A DNA stretch of 58,727 nucleotides from Rhizobium sp. Q54 (GTDB taxonomy: Bacteria; Pseudomonadota; Alphaproteobacteria; Rickettsiales; UBA1997): positions 1 to 58,727 of the forward strand of contig CAMCMF010000005.1 in NCBI GenBank assembly GCA_945875865.1. The letters are read 5' to 3'. The position numbers and the translations under genes are program-made. The notes under the pieces are model-generated. The model saw nothing but the letters and a program-made list of their open reading frames with translations. It made no database searches and was not told where the DNA came from. Of the stretch, positions 1 through 9,555 are shown piece by piece; position 1 is the stretch's first letter; each line of letters starts with the position of its first letter.

Positions 1-145
1 AGGGCGCCTCTAAAAATTAGGATTTTTCGAGGAATTTTGAGTTTTAACAAATTTGCGAGAAGGTAAGCGTATTAGATATACGTGCTCTCGAGCAAATTTG
101 TTAAAACTCAAAATTACCGGAAAAGACAATTTTTAGAGATGCCCT
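1..145. repeat. ~145-bp long palindromic element (RPE/MITE-like), family A
   Basis: Ends AGGGCGCCTCTAAAAATT / AATTTTTAGAGATGCCCT are imperfect inverted repeats, with inner arms TTTTGAGTTTTAACAAATTTGC / GCAAATTTGTTAAAACTCAAAA. Partial copies at 36076-36307. Confidence 0.85.
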
Positions 146-146
146 T

Positions 147-236
147 AAAGATGGACCCCGTCATGCGACGGGGTGACAATTCTTGTAAGACACCTACTAA
201 AGTTTGTCACCCCGTCGCATGACGGGGTCCATCTTT
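147..236. repeat. Inverted pair of REP-like palindromes (GTCACCCCGTCGCATGACGGGGTCCATC), family B
   Basis: 33-bp perfect inverted repeat at 147-179 and 204-236; same unit at 4039-4256 and 25419-25565. Confidence 0.9.
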
Positions 237-346
237 TAAAATTTTATCCTTAAGGAAATAATTACCTAAGTTTTAGAGGAAATTTTGTCGGCGATTCTTT
301 AGAAAAGTTTTCAAAAAACAATTTGAAATTTTATTAAAATTTTAAA

Positions 347-395
347 TCCTCCGACTTCGCCTTTCAGGCGCAGCCACCTCCTTTTGCAAAGGAGG
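347..395. repeat. Two-hairpin REP-like element, family C (possible popZ terminator)
   Basis: CCTCCTTT-TGC-AAAGGAGG hairpin (377-395) preceded by a small GC hairpin; similar architecture at 18384-18434 and 39629-39688. Confidence 0.5.
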
Positions 396-408
396 CCTTC
401 CACAAAAA

Positions 409-1941
409 CTACTCCTGCGGAATAATTTTTTTAATCTCTTCGCGGACAATTTTTTCAACCAAACTTCCGAGATTTTCATTCAACCATTTTTCTAATTTCG
501 GCTCCATCAATTGCGTTGCCAATTCAGCAAGCGCAGGACTTTGCGAGAAATTAGAAATTCCCGCTACCACATTTTTTGCATCAACAAGTTTACGAATCGA
601 CTCGTTGGTTTGCATGATAGTTGCCTCATTTAAAATACGAGATTCAACTTTATTATTTTTACCCATATCAAGTGAAAATATTTGATTTTGCTGATTTTGT
701 ACTGACATAAATTCTTGAGAATCTGTAACAAAATTAGCTGGAGATTCTTGTGTTTTTTCAAAACTAAATTCATTTTTTTCAACAGATGATTTTTCTACAA
801 TCTCCATCTCATCAAATGGTTTTTTTACCTCGCTTACTGCAGAAGTTTTTTGATCAATCGCTCTAATTTCTTGCTCAAATTCCAGATCGATTTCCTCATG
901 TTTTGAAACTTCAAGCGGAGTTGATTTTGGCTGAGACTCCGCTTTTTTAGCAAGCTCTTCATCTAATTCTTCAAGTTCATTTTGAAAAGAATCTATTTCT
1001 TGAACTACAGCAACCTTATCAATTGGCGATTTTATTGCAGGAAGATCTTCTTCAACATCCAGCATGTCCGAAAAATCTAACTCATCACTTTTTTCGGCTG
1101 ACTGATTAATTTGTGACGCAGCAGGCTTTGATGTTTGCAAAATTATCTCAGGTTTTTCTTCAAGATTTAATGGATCCGAAATTTCTTCCGATTCTTCTTC
1201 AAGCTCAAAATTTTCTTCTGGCAATTCTTGCTGCCCTTCCAAATTCAACGGATCCGAATCTACTTCGGACTCTTCCTCCTCGAGGTTCAACGGGTCAGAA
1301 TCTATTTCCGGTTTTTCTTCGAGATTAAGCTCGTCCGAAGTTTCGTCTGCTAATTCTAGCTCTTCATTTGAATCATTATCTTCGAAACTAAGCTCATTTT
1401 CTTCCTCTTCATCTTCCTCATCTTCCTCATCTTCCTCATCCTCTTCATCTTCCTCATCTTCCTCATCTTCCTCATCATTCTCTTCGGCAAAATCAACTTC
1501 ATCTTCGTAATCTTCGATATCCTCCTCGTCCATTTGTGAGTCGACCTCAATATCTTTCTCGATATTTTTTTTAGAACCTTCTTCCGCAGGAATATTTCTT
1601 TCTTCTATTGCCGCAGCGGAAATTTCGCTATCCATATCGAAGTTAGAAACTTGAACAATCGGAGCGACAATTTCTTCTTTTTTTTCTTCAAGAAATTTTT
1701 CATTAAAATCATCAAGATTTAATTCATCCGATGGTTTCAAATCATTTTTATTATTTGCTGTTTCTAAATTTAAAGATTTCTCCGTCTCAACAGCTAGGCT
1801 TGCTGTTTTTGCGGTGGGAGTTATATATTCAAACTCAGAGGCCACTTCAGAAATCTTTGAAGTTTTTTCAGTTTTTGAATCGAACTTACTTAGTTTTTTC
1901 TTGATAGTTTCTAGGAGGGAATGAGTATTTTTTTCTGCCAT
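409..1941 (-). CDS. popZ: PopZ-like polar organising protein (DUF2497 C-terminus) with a very long acidic linker
   Basis: C-terminal LAELATQLMEPKLEKWLNENLGSLVEKIVREEIKKI matches the PopZ helical C-terminus; N-terminal SLLETIKKKLS resembles helix H1; the middle is D/E-rich and low complexity. Confidence 0.8.
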   Translation of the reverse strand: MAEKNTHSLLETIKKKLSKFDSKTEKTSKISEVASEFEYITPTAKTASLAVETEKSLNLETANNKNDLKPSDELNLDDFNEKFLEEKKEEIVAPIVQVSNFDMDSEISAAAIEERNIPAEEGSKKNIEKDIEVDSQMDEEDIEDYEDEVDFAEENDEEDEEDEEDEEDEEDEEDEEDEEEENELSFEDNDSNEELELADETSDELNLEEKPEIDSDPLNLEEEESEVDSDPLNLEGQQELPEENFELEEESEEISDPLNLEEKPEIILQTSKPAASQINQSAEKSDELDFSDMLDVEEDLPAIKSPIDKVAVVQEIDSFQNELEELDEELAKKAESQPKSTPLEVSKHEEIDLEFEQEIRAIDQKTSAVSEVKKPFDEMEIVEKSSVEKNEFSFEKTQESPANFVTDSQEFMSVQNQQNQIFSLDMGKNNKVESRILNEATIMQTNESIRKLVDAKNVVAGISNFSQSPALAELATQLMEPKLEKWLNENLGSLVEKIVREEIKKIIPQE

Positions 1942-2045
1942 TTAATCCTCTGAAGAGTCTTTGATTTTACTGTCTGTAGCAACATAGTTTAACTACAAAA
2001 ACTTACCTGAGATAATTTTTACTAATTCCAAAATTACAACAACCA

Positions 2046-4028
2046 ATGCTGAAAAAATTATCTCATATTTCGCTGTGGATTTTTATCGGAATTTTAGGCG
2101 CTTCTTCGCTGGCTGGAATTGCGTTAATTCGCGACGAAAAAATTTCTTCACTGTGGTTTATCACTGCCTGTGTTTGCACGCAACTTATCGCTTATCGTTT
2201 TTATTCTGCTTTTATTGCGGCAAAAATTTTACATCTCGATGGTCGTAACGCAACTCCGGCGCGACGAATTAATGATGGCAAAGATTTTGTTCCCACCAAT
2301 CGCTGGATTGTTTTTGGACATCACTTCGCCGCCATCGCTGGGCCCGGTCCACTCATTGGCCCTACCCTCGCCGCACAATTTGGATATTTACCTGGAGTTT
2401 TGTGGATCGTGATTGGATCAGTGCTCGCCGGCGCAGTGCAAGATATGGTAATTTTATTTTCATCAATGCGACGCGACGGAAAATCTTTGGGACAAATGAT
2501 TAAAGATGAAATTGGTTCGGTCGCTGGATATGCAGCGTTAATCGGCACTCTCGCCATCATCATAATTTTAATTTCGGTTCTCGGTCTAATAGTTGTGAAA
2601 GCTTTGATGCACAGCCCGTGGGGCGCCTTCACGGTTTTGATGACGATTCCAATTGCGATGCTGATTGGAATTTATCTTTATTACATTCGGCCCTCCGGCG
2701 TTTTAGAAGCGAGTTTGGTTGGTTTAATTTTATTTTTGTTGGCAGTTTATGGTGGAAAAATTGTCCATTACGATTCAACTCTCGCGGCAATTTTTGATCG
2801 CAAAGCAGAGTTCATCGCTTTCGCAATTATGATTTATGGATTTGTCGCGGCAACGCTTCCAGTCTGGCTTCTGCTTGCTCCACGCGATTATCTTTCGTCA
2901 TTTTTAAAACTGGGAACCATTGCACTTTTAGCAATCGCACTTTTGATTTTTCGACCAGAAATTCAAATGCCGGCGCTGACGCAATTTATCGATGGCTCCG
3001 GCCCAATTTTCAGCGGAAAAATTTTTCCATTTTTATTTATTACAATTGCCTGCGGCGCAATTTCTGGATTTCATTCTTTGGTTGCTTCTGGCACTACACC
3101 AAAAATTATTTCCGATGAGCGCGATGTAAAACTTATCGGCTATGGAAGCATGTTGCTTGAAGGTTGCGTGGCGATGATGGCATTGATCGCAGCTTGCGTT
3201 TTGGAGCCAGGAATTTTCTTCGCGATTAATTCACCGCAAGCAATTTTGGGCGACAATCCAGCGCAAGTAATCAACTCATTTGGCTTTGAATTTAGTTCCG
3301 AAAAAATGGATTTATTGGCGGCGCAAATGGGCGAAAATACTCTTTTTTCCAGAACGGGCGGCGCACCTTCTTTGGCGGTTGGAATGGCGAATATTTTCTC
3401 TTCGGCTTTCGGTTCCAACATGCTTTCAATGTGGTATCATTTCGCCATCATGTTTGAAGCGATTTTTATTTTAACCACGCTGGATGCTGGGACGAGAGTG
3501 GCGCGTTTTATGTTAGAAGATTTATTGAAATTTCGTGATCGCAAACTTCATGAATCAAATTTAGCGGCGATGTTTTCGAGCTTCATAATCGTGGCTTCTT
3601 GGGGATATTTTCTTTACATGGGCGTGATTGATCCAAGTGGTGGCATCAATATTTTATGGCCGCTTTTTGGGATGTCGAATCAGATGCTGGCTGGAATTGC
3701 ACTAACTTTGGCGACGGTGATAATTGTAAAAACTCCGCAAAGAAAATTCGCTTTTATCACCGCAATTCCGCTGATTTTTATTTTGATTACAACCAGCACT
3801 GCGGTGATCGAAAAAGTTTTTTCTAGCGATGTGAGAATCGGATTTCTGGCGATGGCAGAAGTTTGGCAACAAAAAATTTCCAGCGGAATTTTAGATGAAG
3901 AAAAAACTGCCTTTGCGCAAAAAGTTATTTTTAACCAAAAATTAATTTCCGGAATTGCTTTAAGTTTCTTGGCAATTTTATGGATTGTGGTGATTGATGC
4001 AGGAAGAAAATTAATTACGCGGAAATAA
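2046..4028 (+). CDS. cstA: Carbon starvation protein A family transporter (CstA/BtsT; pyruvate or peptide uptake)
   Basis: GHHFAAIAGPGPLIGP, FITIACGAISGFHSL and TTLDAGTR motifs; many TM segments. Confidence 0.95.
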   Translation: MLKKLSHISLWIFIGILGASSLAGIALIRDEKISSLWFITACVCTQLIAYRFYSAFIAAKILHLDGRNATPARRINDGKDFVPTNRWIVFGHHFAAIAGPGPLIGPTLAAQFGYLPGVLWIVIGSVLAGAVQDMVILFSSMRRDGKSLGQMIKDEIGSVAGYAALIGTLAIIIILISVLGLIVVKALMHSPWGAFTVLMTIPIAMLIGIYLYYIRPSGVLEASLVGLILFLLAVYGGKIVHYDSTLAAIFDRKAEFIAFAIMIYGFVAATLPVWLLLAPRDYLSSFLKLGTIALLAIALLIFRPEIQMPALTQFIDGSGPIFSGKIFPFLFITIACGAISGFHSLVASGTTPKIISDERDVKLIGYGSMLLEGCVAMMALIAACVLEPGIFFAINSPQAILGDNPAQVINSFGFEFSSEKMDLLAAQMGENTLFSRTGGAPSLAVGMANIFSSAFGSNMLSMWYHFAIMFEAIFILTTLDAGTRVARFMLEDLLKFRDRKLHESNLAAMFSSFIIVASWGYFLYMGVIDPSGGINILWPLFGMSNQMLAGIALTLATVIIVKTPQRKFAFITAIPLIFILITTSTAVIEKVFSSDVRIGFLAMAEVWQQKISSGILDEEKTAFAQKVIFNQKLISGIALSFLAILWIVVIDAGRKLITRK

Positions 4029-4033
4029 CATTT

Positions 4034-4283
4034 TTATTTTGTCACCCCGTCGAATGATGGGGTCCATCTTTTGTTACGTACTCTTGACGAAATGGACCCC
4101 GTCATTCGACGGGGTGACAAGAAAGAGCGAAGGAGAAAAAATAAAATAATTAGCAGAAAATGAATTATATTATTTTGTCACCCCGTCGAATGATGGGGTC
4201 CATCTTTTGTTACATACTCTTGACGAAATGGACCCCGTCATTCGACGGGGTGACAAGAAAGAGTGAAGGAGAAAAAATAAAAT
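4034..4283. repeat. Two 114-bp direct repeats (period 136 bp), each holding an inverted pair of family B REPs
   Basis: 4034-4147 and 4170-4283 differ at 2 positions; located between convergent genes. Confidence 0.9.
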
Positions 4284-4472
4284 GAAAAAATTTTGGAAAT
4301 TTTTACTGCTGCTAAAAAAACATCTGAACGGTGAATTCGCTTATGAAAATTATTGTGATCATGCGAAAAAAAATCATTTGGGGGAAAAGATTTTAGATAA
4401 AAAATCTTTTTTGCTGCAGCGACAAAATGAGAAGTGGAGGAAGGTGAATCGGTGTTGCTAATCCGCTTGAGA

Positions 4473-4904
4473 CTACCTCCAACCAATCACCGAATAACCC
4501 TTCCGCGACAGACAATTCGTAATGTAAGTTTGTTTGATGTGATCAGGTTTCACCTTATCTTCGCCATAAACCGAAATGCCAGCGATCATTGCGCCGGCAC
4601 CAGCGCCAATTGCAGCTCCAAGCAAAGCTGATTTACCGCTTCCACCCATAATCAACCCCGTTCCCGCACCAATTATTCCACCAACAATCGCTTTGCGACC
4701 CGCTTCTCTAGCAGCGCGCTCCGCTTTAAATTTATCGAGATAATCCTCAGCCTCCACTTTGCATTGGCTAATATCCTCATCAGCTTGAGCCTCTCCAGAC
4801 TCAAGATATTTACTATTGGGATCAAGAATTGGTCGGTAAGATGAGCAAGCAAGGATGGAAAAAACTGCGGATAAAATTACGAATTTTTTAACAATATTTT
4901 CCAT
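4473..4904 (-). CDS. Glycine-zipper lipoprotein
   Basis: Start re-assigned to ATG 4904 (MENIVKKFVILSAVFSILAC, lipobox ILAC); GGIIGAGTG...GAAIGAGAGA glycine zipper; C-terminal CLSRKGY. Confidence 0.8.
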   Translation of the reverse strand: MENIVKKFVILSAVFSILACSSYRPILDPNSKYLESGEAQADEDISQCKVEAEDYLDKFKAERAAREAGRKAIVGGIIGAGTGLIMGGSGKSALLGAAIGAGAGAMIAGISVYGEDKVKPDHIKQTYITNCLSRKGYSVIGWR

Positions 4905-4905
4905 T

Positions 4906-7440
4906 TTATTGTCTGTTATTGCCGCTATCTCGGATTGCCTTATTTCTTTGAAAAGCTTGAATGGCTGATGCTGCTTGGATAGTTGTGAATGGCGTAATAA
5001 CATTATTATCAGCAGAGACCCTTTCAGCATACTGACTATAGGTCTCAGGCGGCAGGTTTGCATTATTATCGCGAGGGTTAGAGTTATTAGCAGGACGTGT
5101 ATTCTTATAATAAGCCATCAAAGCATTATTTATCACTTTTGTATCTATCTCAATCTTACCCCTTGCAATTTTTATTATTTTCTCATCCGGTTTTATCATC
5201 TCAGAAGTGGTTTTTGTCTCTCCATTTTCGTAATGCTCATAGGTAAGAATTATGCCACTAAGATCATGAGTAATTTCATATTTTATCAATGTTTTAGCTG
5301 CTCGTTGTGCAGCCAAGTCGGATTTTGCCTTTGCTAAATATTTCTCTCTCGGGGTTGTAGGTTTTTTAGCTGGATGTTTTGCCGCCACAGGCACAACAGG
5401 GGCGGGATTCTGAAGAAGAAGTGCTTGGTCAAGAGTGTTAGTAACACCAGTTCTTACCAAAGCCGGTCCCACTAAATCTGGATCTGGGTTTTTTTTAGGA
5501 GGAGTTCTTGCTGCTTCTTTTGCCAGATCTTCTTCAGCTTCTCGCCCTGCCTGAACTAAATAATCAGCAGGAGCTACTGGCGCCTTTTCTGGCGCTTTTC
5601 TACCAGTTAAATTCTCAACTAGTTGATCTATGCTACCCATCATCTCCTTTGCTTCGACCCTCTCTGCATCAGTAATATTTGCTGCAGAAATAACTTCAGC
5701 TATAAAATTATCTTTACCCTTTTGATCCCCATATACCGAACGCAGATAATTTGATACATCATCTACACCACCACCATCATGCGCGTGAAGTTCACTCGGA
5801 AGTGAGTATTGAACTCCTAAGCCTTGTAGAGCATAGCCCATACCTTCACTTTCGGTATAGTTGTCACTCTCAACAATATCTCTAAAAATCCTATTACGTG
5901 TGTCTTTCGCGACCTCTTGTTCTCTCATGGCCTTAAAAGCGCAAGAAGCAACAAATTTTCTAGCAAGTGCTGCATCTGTGACTGAACCTTTCTTCTTGCC
6001 AAAAGCTCCATTTATAACCTCTTTCTCCTTCTCAGTAAACATTGGTTTTGTACCATTTTTCATGTTCAAAACTTCTTGTATTGAGCACAATTTACTTAAC
6101 GTTGGATCGGCAGCTATAAGACCAATTATAGCAAAAGAAGCGCAGGCACTTCCTCTTCCGCTAACAGTGTGATGCTCTTGTTTTTCAAGAGCACCACCTG
6201 CCTCGATTTTATGTCTATCGAACTCCCAATGGTTTCCCGATTGGTTGTCAAAAATAAAAATATTTCTACCAACATGATCTCCTTTAACCTCTTTTAAATA
6301 TAATATGCAGGCAGCAGCGACGGCGTCAGGATCCATGCCAAGATTAGGAGTGCCTTGTTTATAAAAACTGCCATTGGTAAAAATAACTAACGTTTTATTA
6401 TTTGTGAATTTTGAAATATCCTCTTTTTGCGCATCCTTATTTTGTTGCGCTAGATATGGTTGATATCTCTCATTAATGGCCAAATTAATCTTTGCTTTTA
6501 AAGCGGCGGTTATCCCGGCTTTATCTAGTGGAGGCGGAGGAAGACCATCTGCAGAAGTATTTGGTAATGAATTCGCTGCAGCTTTTTTGCCTAATAAATT
6601 GCTCAGATTGCTAAGTTCGTCAGCGCGCAGTTTTCCAGGAACAGAGACTTGTTCTGTATAACCTTTAGGATCAGAGAATTCTTCTTGACCACTCGCTAGA
6701 CTCCCATCAACCTCCGCACGACGGGCTTTAAAATCCTGTTTTAATATTAGAGCAGCTTTCGCCACAACTAAAGCTTGATCCAAAATAGCCATATAGGCCT
6801 TATCACAAAAATAAATATTTTGTAAGATTGGAGACGAATCATTTTGCATTTCGGATAAAAGGCCTTCCATAAACCATAGAGGTAGCGAAGCTACATTGGC
6901 CGCAGCAAGCCTATTAAGGCCAAAAATATCTGGGATAACCAAGTTTTGAATATCAGTGCCGTTAGCTTTTAAACGCTTTATTTCTTTATAAAAATTACCA
7001 CCAACTTCACGAATTTTTTTAGCTACCTCTTCGCTGCTTTTAGAAAACTTAATTTCTGAAGCAGACGGAAATTTTACACAAAGAACTTTTTTTACCGGCA
7101 ATTTTCCGACACCACCTAGATTAATTCCTGCATGCTTACCGTCAGCAAGGTTTGCTTCCATGACCGCACCATTCTTACTATCTCCAGCTTTGTTTAAACG
7201 TACTGCCTCATCTTTAAACCAGTCCTCCTTACGATTTTGATCTTTTATGTATTTGGCCAAGTTTGTCCCTCTTGTAGGACTTGAAGAACCTAAATTCCAT
7301 TTCTCATCAACATCAATTAAAAAATGGGCATTTAAAGCGTCTTGGGATGCAACATTATTAGAATCAAAAACATTCTGCATTGCTTCACCAGTGCCTATCA
7401 AACTAAATTTTACGCCCAGAATATCTTTATCTTTACTCAT
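4906..7440 (-). CDS. Hypothetical 844-aa protein, candidate secreted effector (macrodomain-like N-terminus, Cys-protease-like middle)
   Basis: Long ORF; GKLPVKKVLCVKFP, IQNLVIPDIFG and LQNIYFCD resemble macro-fold strands; NHW(403-405) and GRGSAC(428-433). The domain calls are inference. Confidence 0.75.
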   Translation of the reverse strand: MSKDKDILGVKFSLIGTGEAMQNVFDSNNVASQDALNAHFLIDVDEKWNLGSSSPTRGTNLAKYIKDQNRKEDWFKDEAVRLNKAGDSKNGAVMEANLADGKHAGINLGGVGKLPVKKVLCVKFPSASEIKFSKSSEEVAKKIREVGGNFYKEIKRLKANGTDIQNLVIPDIFGLNRLAAANVASLPLWFMEGLLSEMQNDSSPILQNIYFCDKAYMAILDQALVVAKAALILKQDFKARRAEVDGSLASGQEEFSDPKGYTEQVSVPGKLRADELSNLSNLLGKKAAANSLPNTSADGLPPPPLDKAGITAALKAKINLAINERYQPYLAQQNKDAQKEDISKFTNNKTLVIFTNGSFYKQGTPNLGMDPDAVAAACILYLKEVKGDHVGRNIFIFDNQSGNHWEFDRHKIEAGGALEKQEHHTVSGRGSACASFAIIGLIAADPTLSKLCSIQEVLNMKNGTKPMFTEKEKEVINGAFGKKKGSVTDAALARKFVASCAFKAMREQEVAKDTRNRIFRDIVESDNYTESEGMGYALQGLGVQYSLPSELHAHDGGGVDDVSNYLRSVYGDQKGKDNFIAEVISAANITDAERVEAKEMMGSIDQLVENLTGRKAPEKAPVAPADYLVQAGREAEEDLAKEAARTPPKKNPDPDLVGPALVRTGVTNTLDQALLLQNPAPVVPVAAKHPAKKPTTPREKYLAKAKSDLAAQRAAKTLIKYEITHDLSGIILTYEHYENGETKTTSEMIKPDEKIIKIARGKIEIDTKVINNALMAYYKNTRPANNSNPRDNNANLPPETYSQYAERVSADNNVITPFTTIQAASAIQAFQRNKAIRDSGNNRQ

Positions 7441-7609
7441 TTTTTAAATTTTTAATTGTTAAGCGAAGTTATGCAAAAATTTTGCTCTAACGCATGAAGA
7501 AGCAAGGTGAATTTGATTGTTACACCCAGTTGAAGTGATTGCGGATTAAAAAAATTCGTTAGACTAAATTATTAATAATCCCCCAAAACAGCAGACGAAT
7601 AGAGCTTAC

Positions 7610-9445
7610 ATGACCAAAACACCACCTCTGCTCTCCGTTCGCGGCGCGACAATTTCTTTCGCCAAAAAAACACTTTTTGAAGATCTTGCTTTCAATATTT
7701 TTCCCCGTGATCGCATTTGCTTGATCGGAAAAAATGGTGTAGGAAAAACTACTTTGATGAATGTTATTTCTGGCGATTTTGATCTTGATTTGGGCGAGCG
7801 CTGGATTGCGCCGCAGTCGGTTTTGGGATATCTTACTCAAAGCGAAAAGTTGCCGAAAAATGTTTCGGTTTTTGATTTTATCATGTCGGGTTTGGCGATT
7901 GATGAGCATAAAAGTTATCTGGTCGACATCATTTGCGATCACTTAAAAATTGATAAAAATGCTTTCACGCAAAATCTTTCAGGGGGCCAAAAACGTCGCG
8001 TAAGTTTGGCGCGCGCTCTTGTTTTAGAGCCGGATATTTTGATGCTTGATGAGCCAACCAATCACCTCGATTTAGAAATTATCGAATGGCTGGAAAATTA
8101 TTTACAAAACTATCAAGGCGCGCTGTTGGTGATTTCGCACGATCGAAAATTTCTTGAAAAAGTTTCCAATAAAGTTTTTTGGTTGCGCGCCGGAAAATTA
8201 AAAGTGAATCAACAAGGCTACAAAAATTTCGACGAATGGTCGCAAAATATTATCGAACATGAAACGCGCGAATTGAGCAATCTCGAGAAAAAAGTTCAGC
8301 TCGAAAGCGGCTGGTTGCAAACTGGCGTGACTGGAAGGAGAAAAAGAAATATCGGTCGTTTGCATTATTTGAAAGATTTACGAGTGAAGTTAGAAGCGCA
8401 GCGACAGTTGGTTAAAAGCAATGCCAATCGCATGAATATTATCGCCCAAAAAATGTATGAGGATGCGCCACAGGTGATTTTGGCGTTGAATAATGTTAGC
8501 AAAGGTTTCGACGAATCGAAATTAATCGATAGGCTTTCGATGAAAATTCTGCGCGGCGAACGCATCGGAATTATCGGTCGCAATGGTTCGGGAAAATCGA
8601 CTTTGCTTAAAATGATTATTGGCGAAGAAAAAGCGGATTCGGGAACCGTAAAACCGGCGAAAGATATCAGCATTTCCTATTTCGATCAATCGCGCAGCGC
8701 CATTAAACCTACATCCTCGATCAAAGAAATTCTCTGCGATTCTGGATCAGATTACGTCAAACTCGCCGGCGGAAAAACCAAACATATTTGCGGCTATTTG
8801 CGCGATTTCATGTTCGATCCCAATGATCTCGAAACCTTGGCTGGCACACTTTCCGGCGGACAACAAAATCGTTTATTGCTCGCAAAAACTTTAGCTAATC
8901 CGGGAAATTTTATGATTCTCGACGAGCCAACAAATGATCTCGACATGGATAGCTTGGATATGCTTTCGGAATATTTGGAAAAGTATCAAGGCACGCTGGT
9001 AGTGGTTTCGCACGATCGCGATTTTTTGGATAACGTGGTGACGAGTATTTTATCTTTCGAAGGAAATGACGAAGTTCAAACTCACATTGGCGGTTATTCG
9101 GATTATCTAGAATATACGCAGAAACAATTGCCGACAAAAAATTCTGAAAAAATTCGTCAGACTTCCGCAATTGAAGAAGTGACTTTGGAAACGCAAAAAC
9201 CTCTCAAACAATTTTCTTTCAAACATAAAATCGAACTCGAAAAACTTCCGGCAAAAATTGAAAAGCTCGAAGAAAAAATTCGCGAATTAACTGAAGAATT
9301 AAGTGAAACTGAAGATCGTAACTCCGCTAATTTAGCACATATTTCGATGGAGATTGCTAAATATCAGAAGGATCTTGATGAGTCGGAAAATAGATGGCTG
9401 GAACTTGAGAATTTAAAACCCGTCTTAAAATTTTTTCCAAATTAG
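7610..9445 (+). CDS. uup: ABC-F family ATPase Uup
   Basis: Two ABC cassettes (GKNGVGKTT, LSGGQ, LDEPTNHLD; GRNGSGKST, LDEPTNDLD), GVTGRRKRN linker and C-terminal coiled coil. Confidence 0.92.
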   Translation: MTKTPPLLSVRGATISFAKKTLFEDLAFNIFPRDRICLIGKNGVGKTTLMNVISGDFDLDLGERWIAPQSVLGYLTQSEKLPKNVSVFDFIMSGLAIDEHKSYLVDIICDHLKIDKNAFTQNLSGGQKRRVSLARALVLEPDILMLDEPTNHLDLEIIEWLENYLQNYQGALLVISHDRKFLEKVSNKVFWLRAGKLKVNQQGYKNFDEWSQNIIEHETRELSNLEKKVQLESGWLQTGVTGRRKRNIGRLHYLKDLRVKLEAQRQLVKSNANRMNIIAQKMYEDAPQVILALNNVSKGFDESKLIDRLSMKILRGERIGIIGRNGSGKSTLLKMIIGEEKADSGTVKPAKDISISYFDQSRSAIKPTSSIKEILCDSGSDYVKLAGGKTKHICGYLRDFMFDPNDLETLAGTLSGGQQNRLLLAKTLANPGNFMILDEPTNDLDMDSLDMLSEYLEKYQGTLVVVSHDRDFLDNVVTSILSFEGNDEVQTHIGGYSDYLEYTQKQLPTKNSEKIRQTSAIEEVTLETQKPLKQFSFKHKIELEKLPAKIEKLEEKIRELTEELSETEDRNSANLAHISMEIAKYQKDLDESENRWLELENLKPVLKFFPN

Positions 9446-9555
9446 GCACAATTAGAATCATCTCTTGCGAGTTAGAAAATCGAAATTTAAAAAGACCAGC
9501 CCAACCATGTTGTCGTTTAACAACATGTCTCTCTACAAACTAATAAGAAAATACA

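Noticed and set aside
1356-1550. 64-aa ORF with MRK repeats
   Set aside because: Alternative-frame reading of the popZ (EDE)n repeat.
4034-4283. Possible CRISPR array
   Set aside because: Units alternate in orientation, the spacers are duplicated rather than unique, and no cas genes are present.
4238-4631. Short ORFs 4238-4486 (-) and 4434-4631 (+)
   Set aside because: They run into repeats or lie antisense to the lipoprotein gene and have no recognisable motifs.
9506-9527. Hairpin CATGTTGT/ACAACATG in the cspA leader as a thermosensor or operator
   Set aside because: An 8-bp stem alone is too weak to call, although cspA leaders are often structured.
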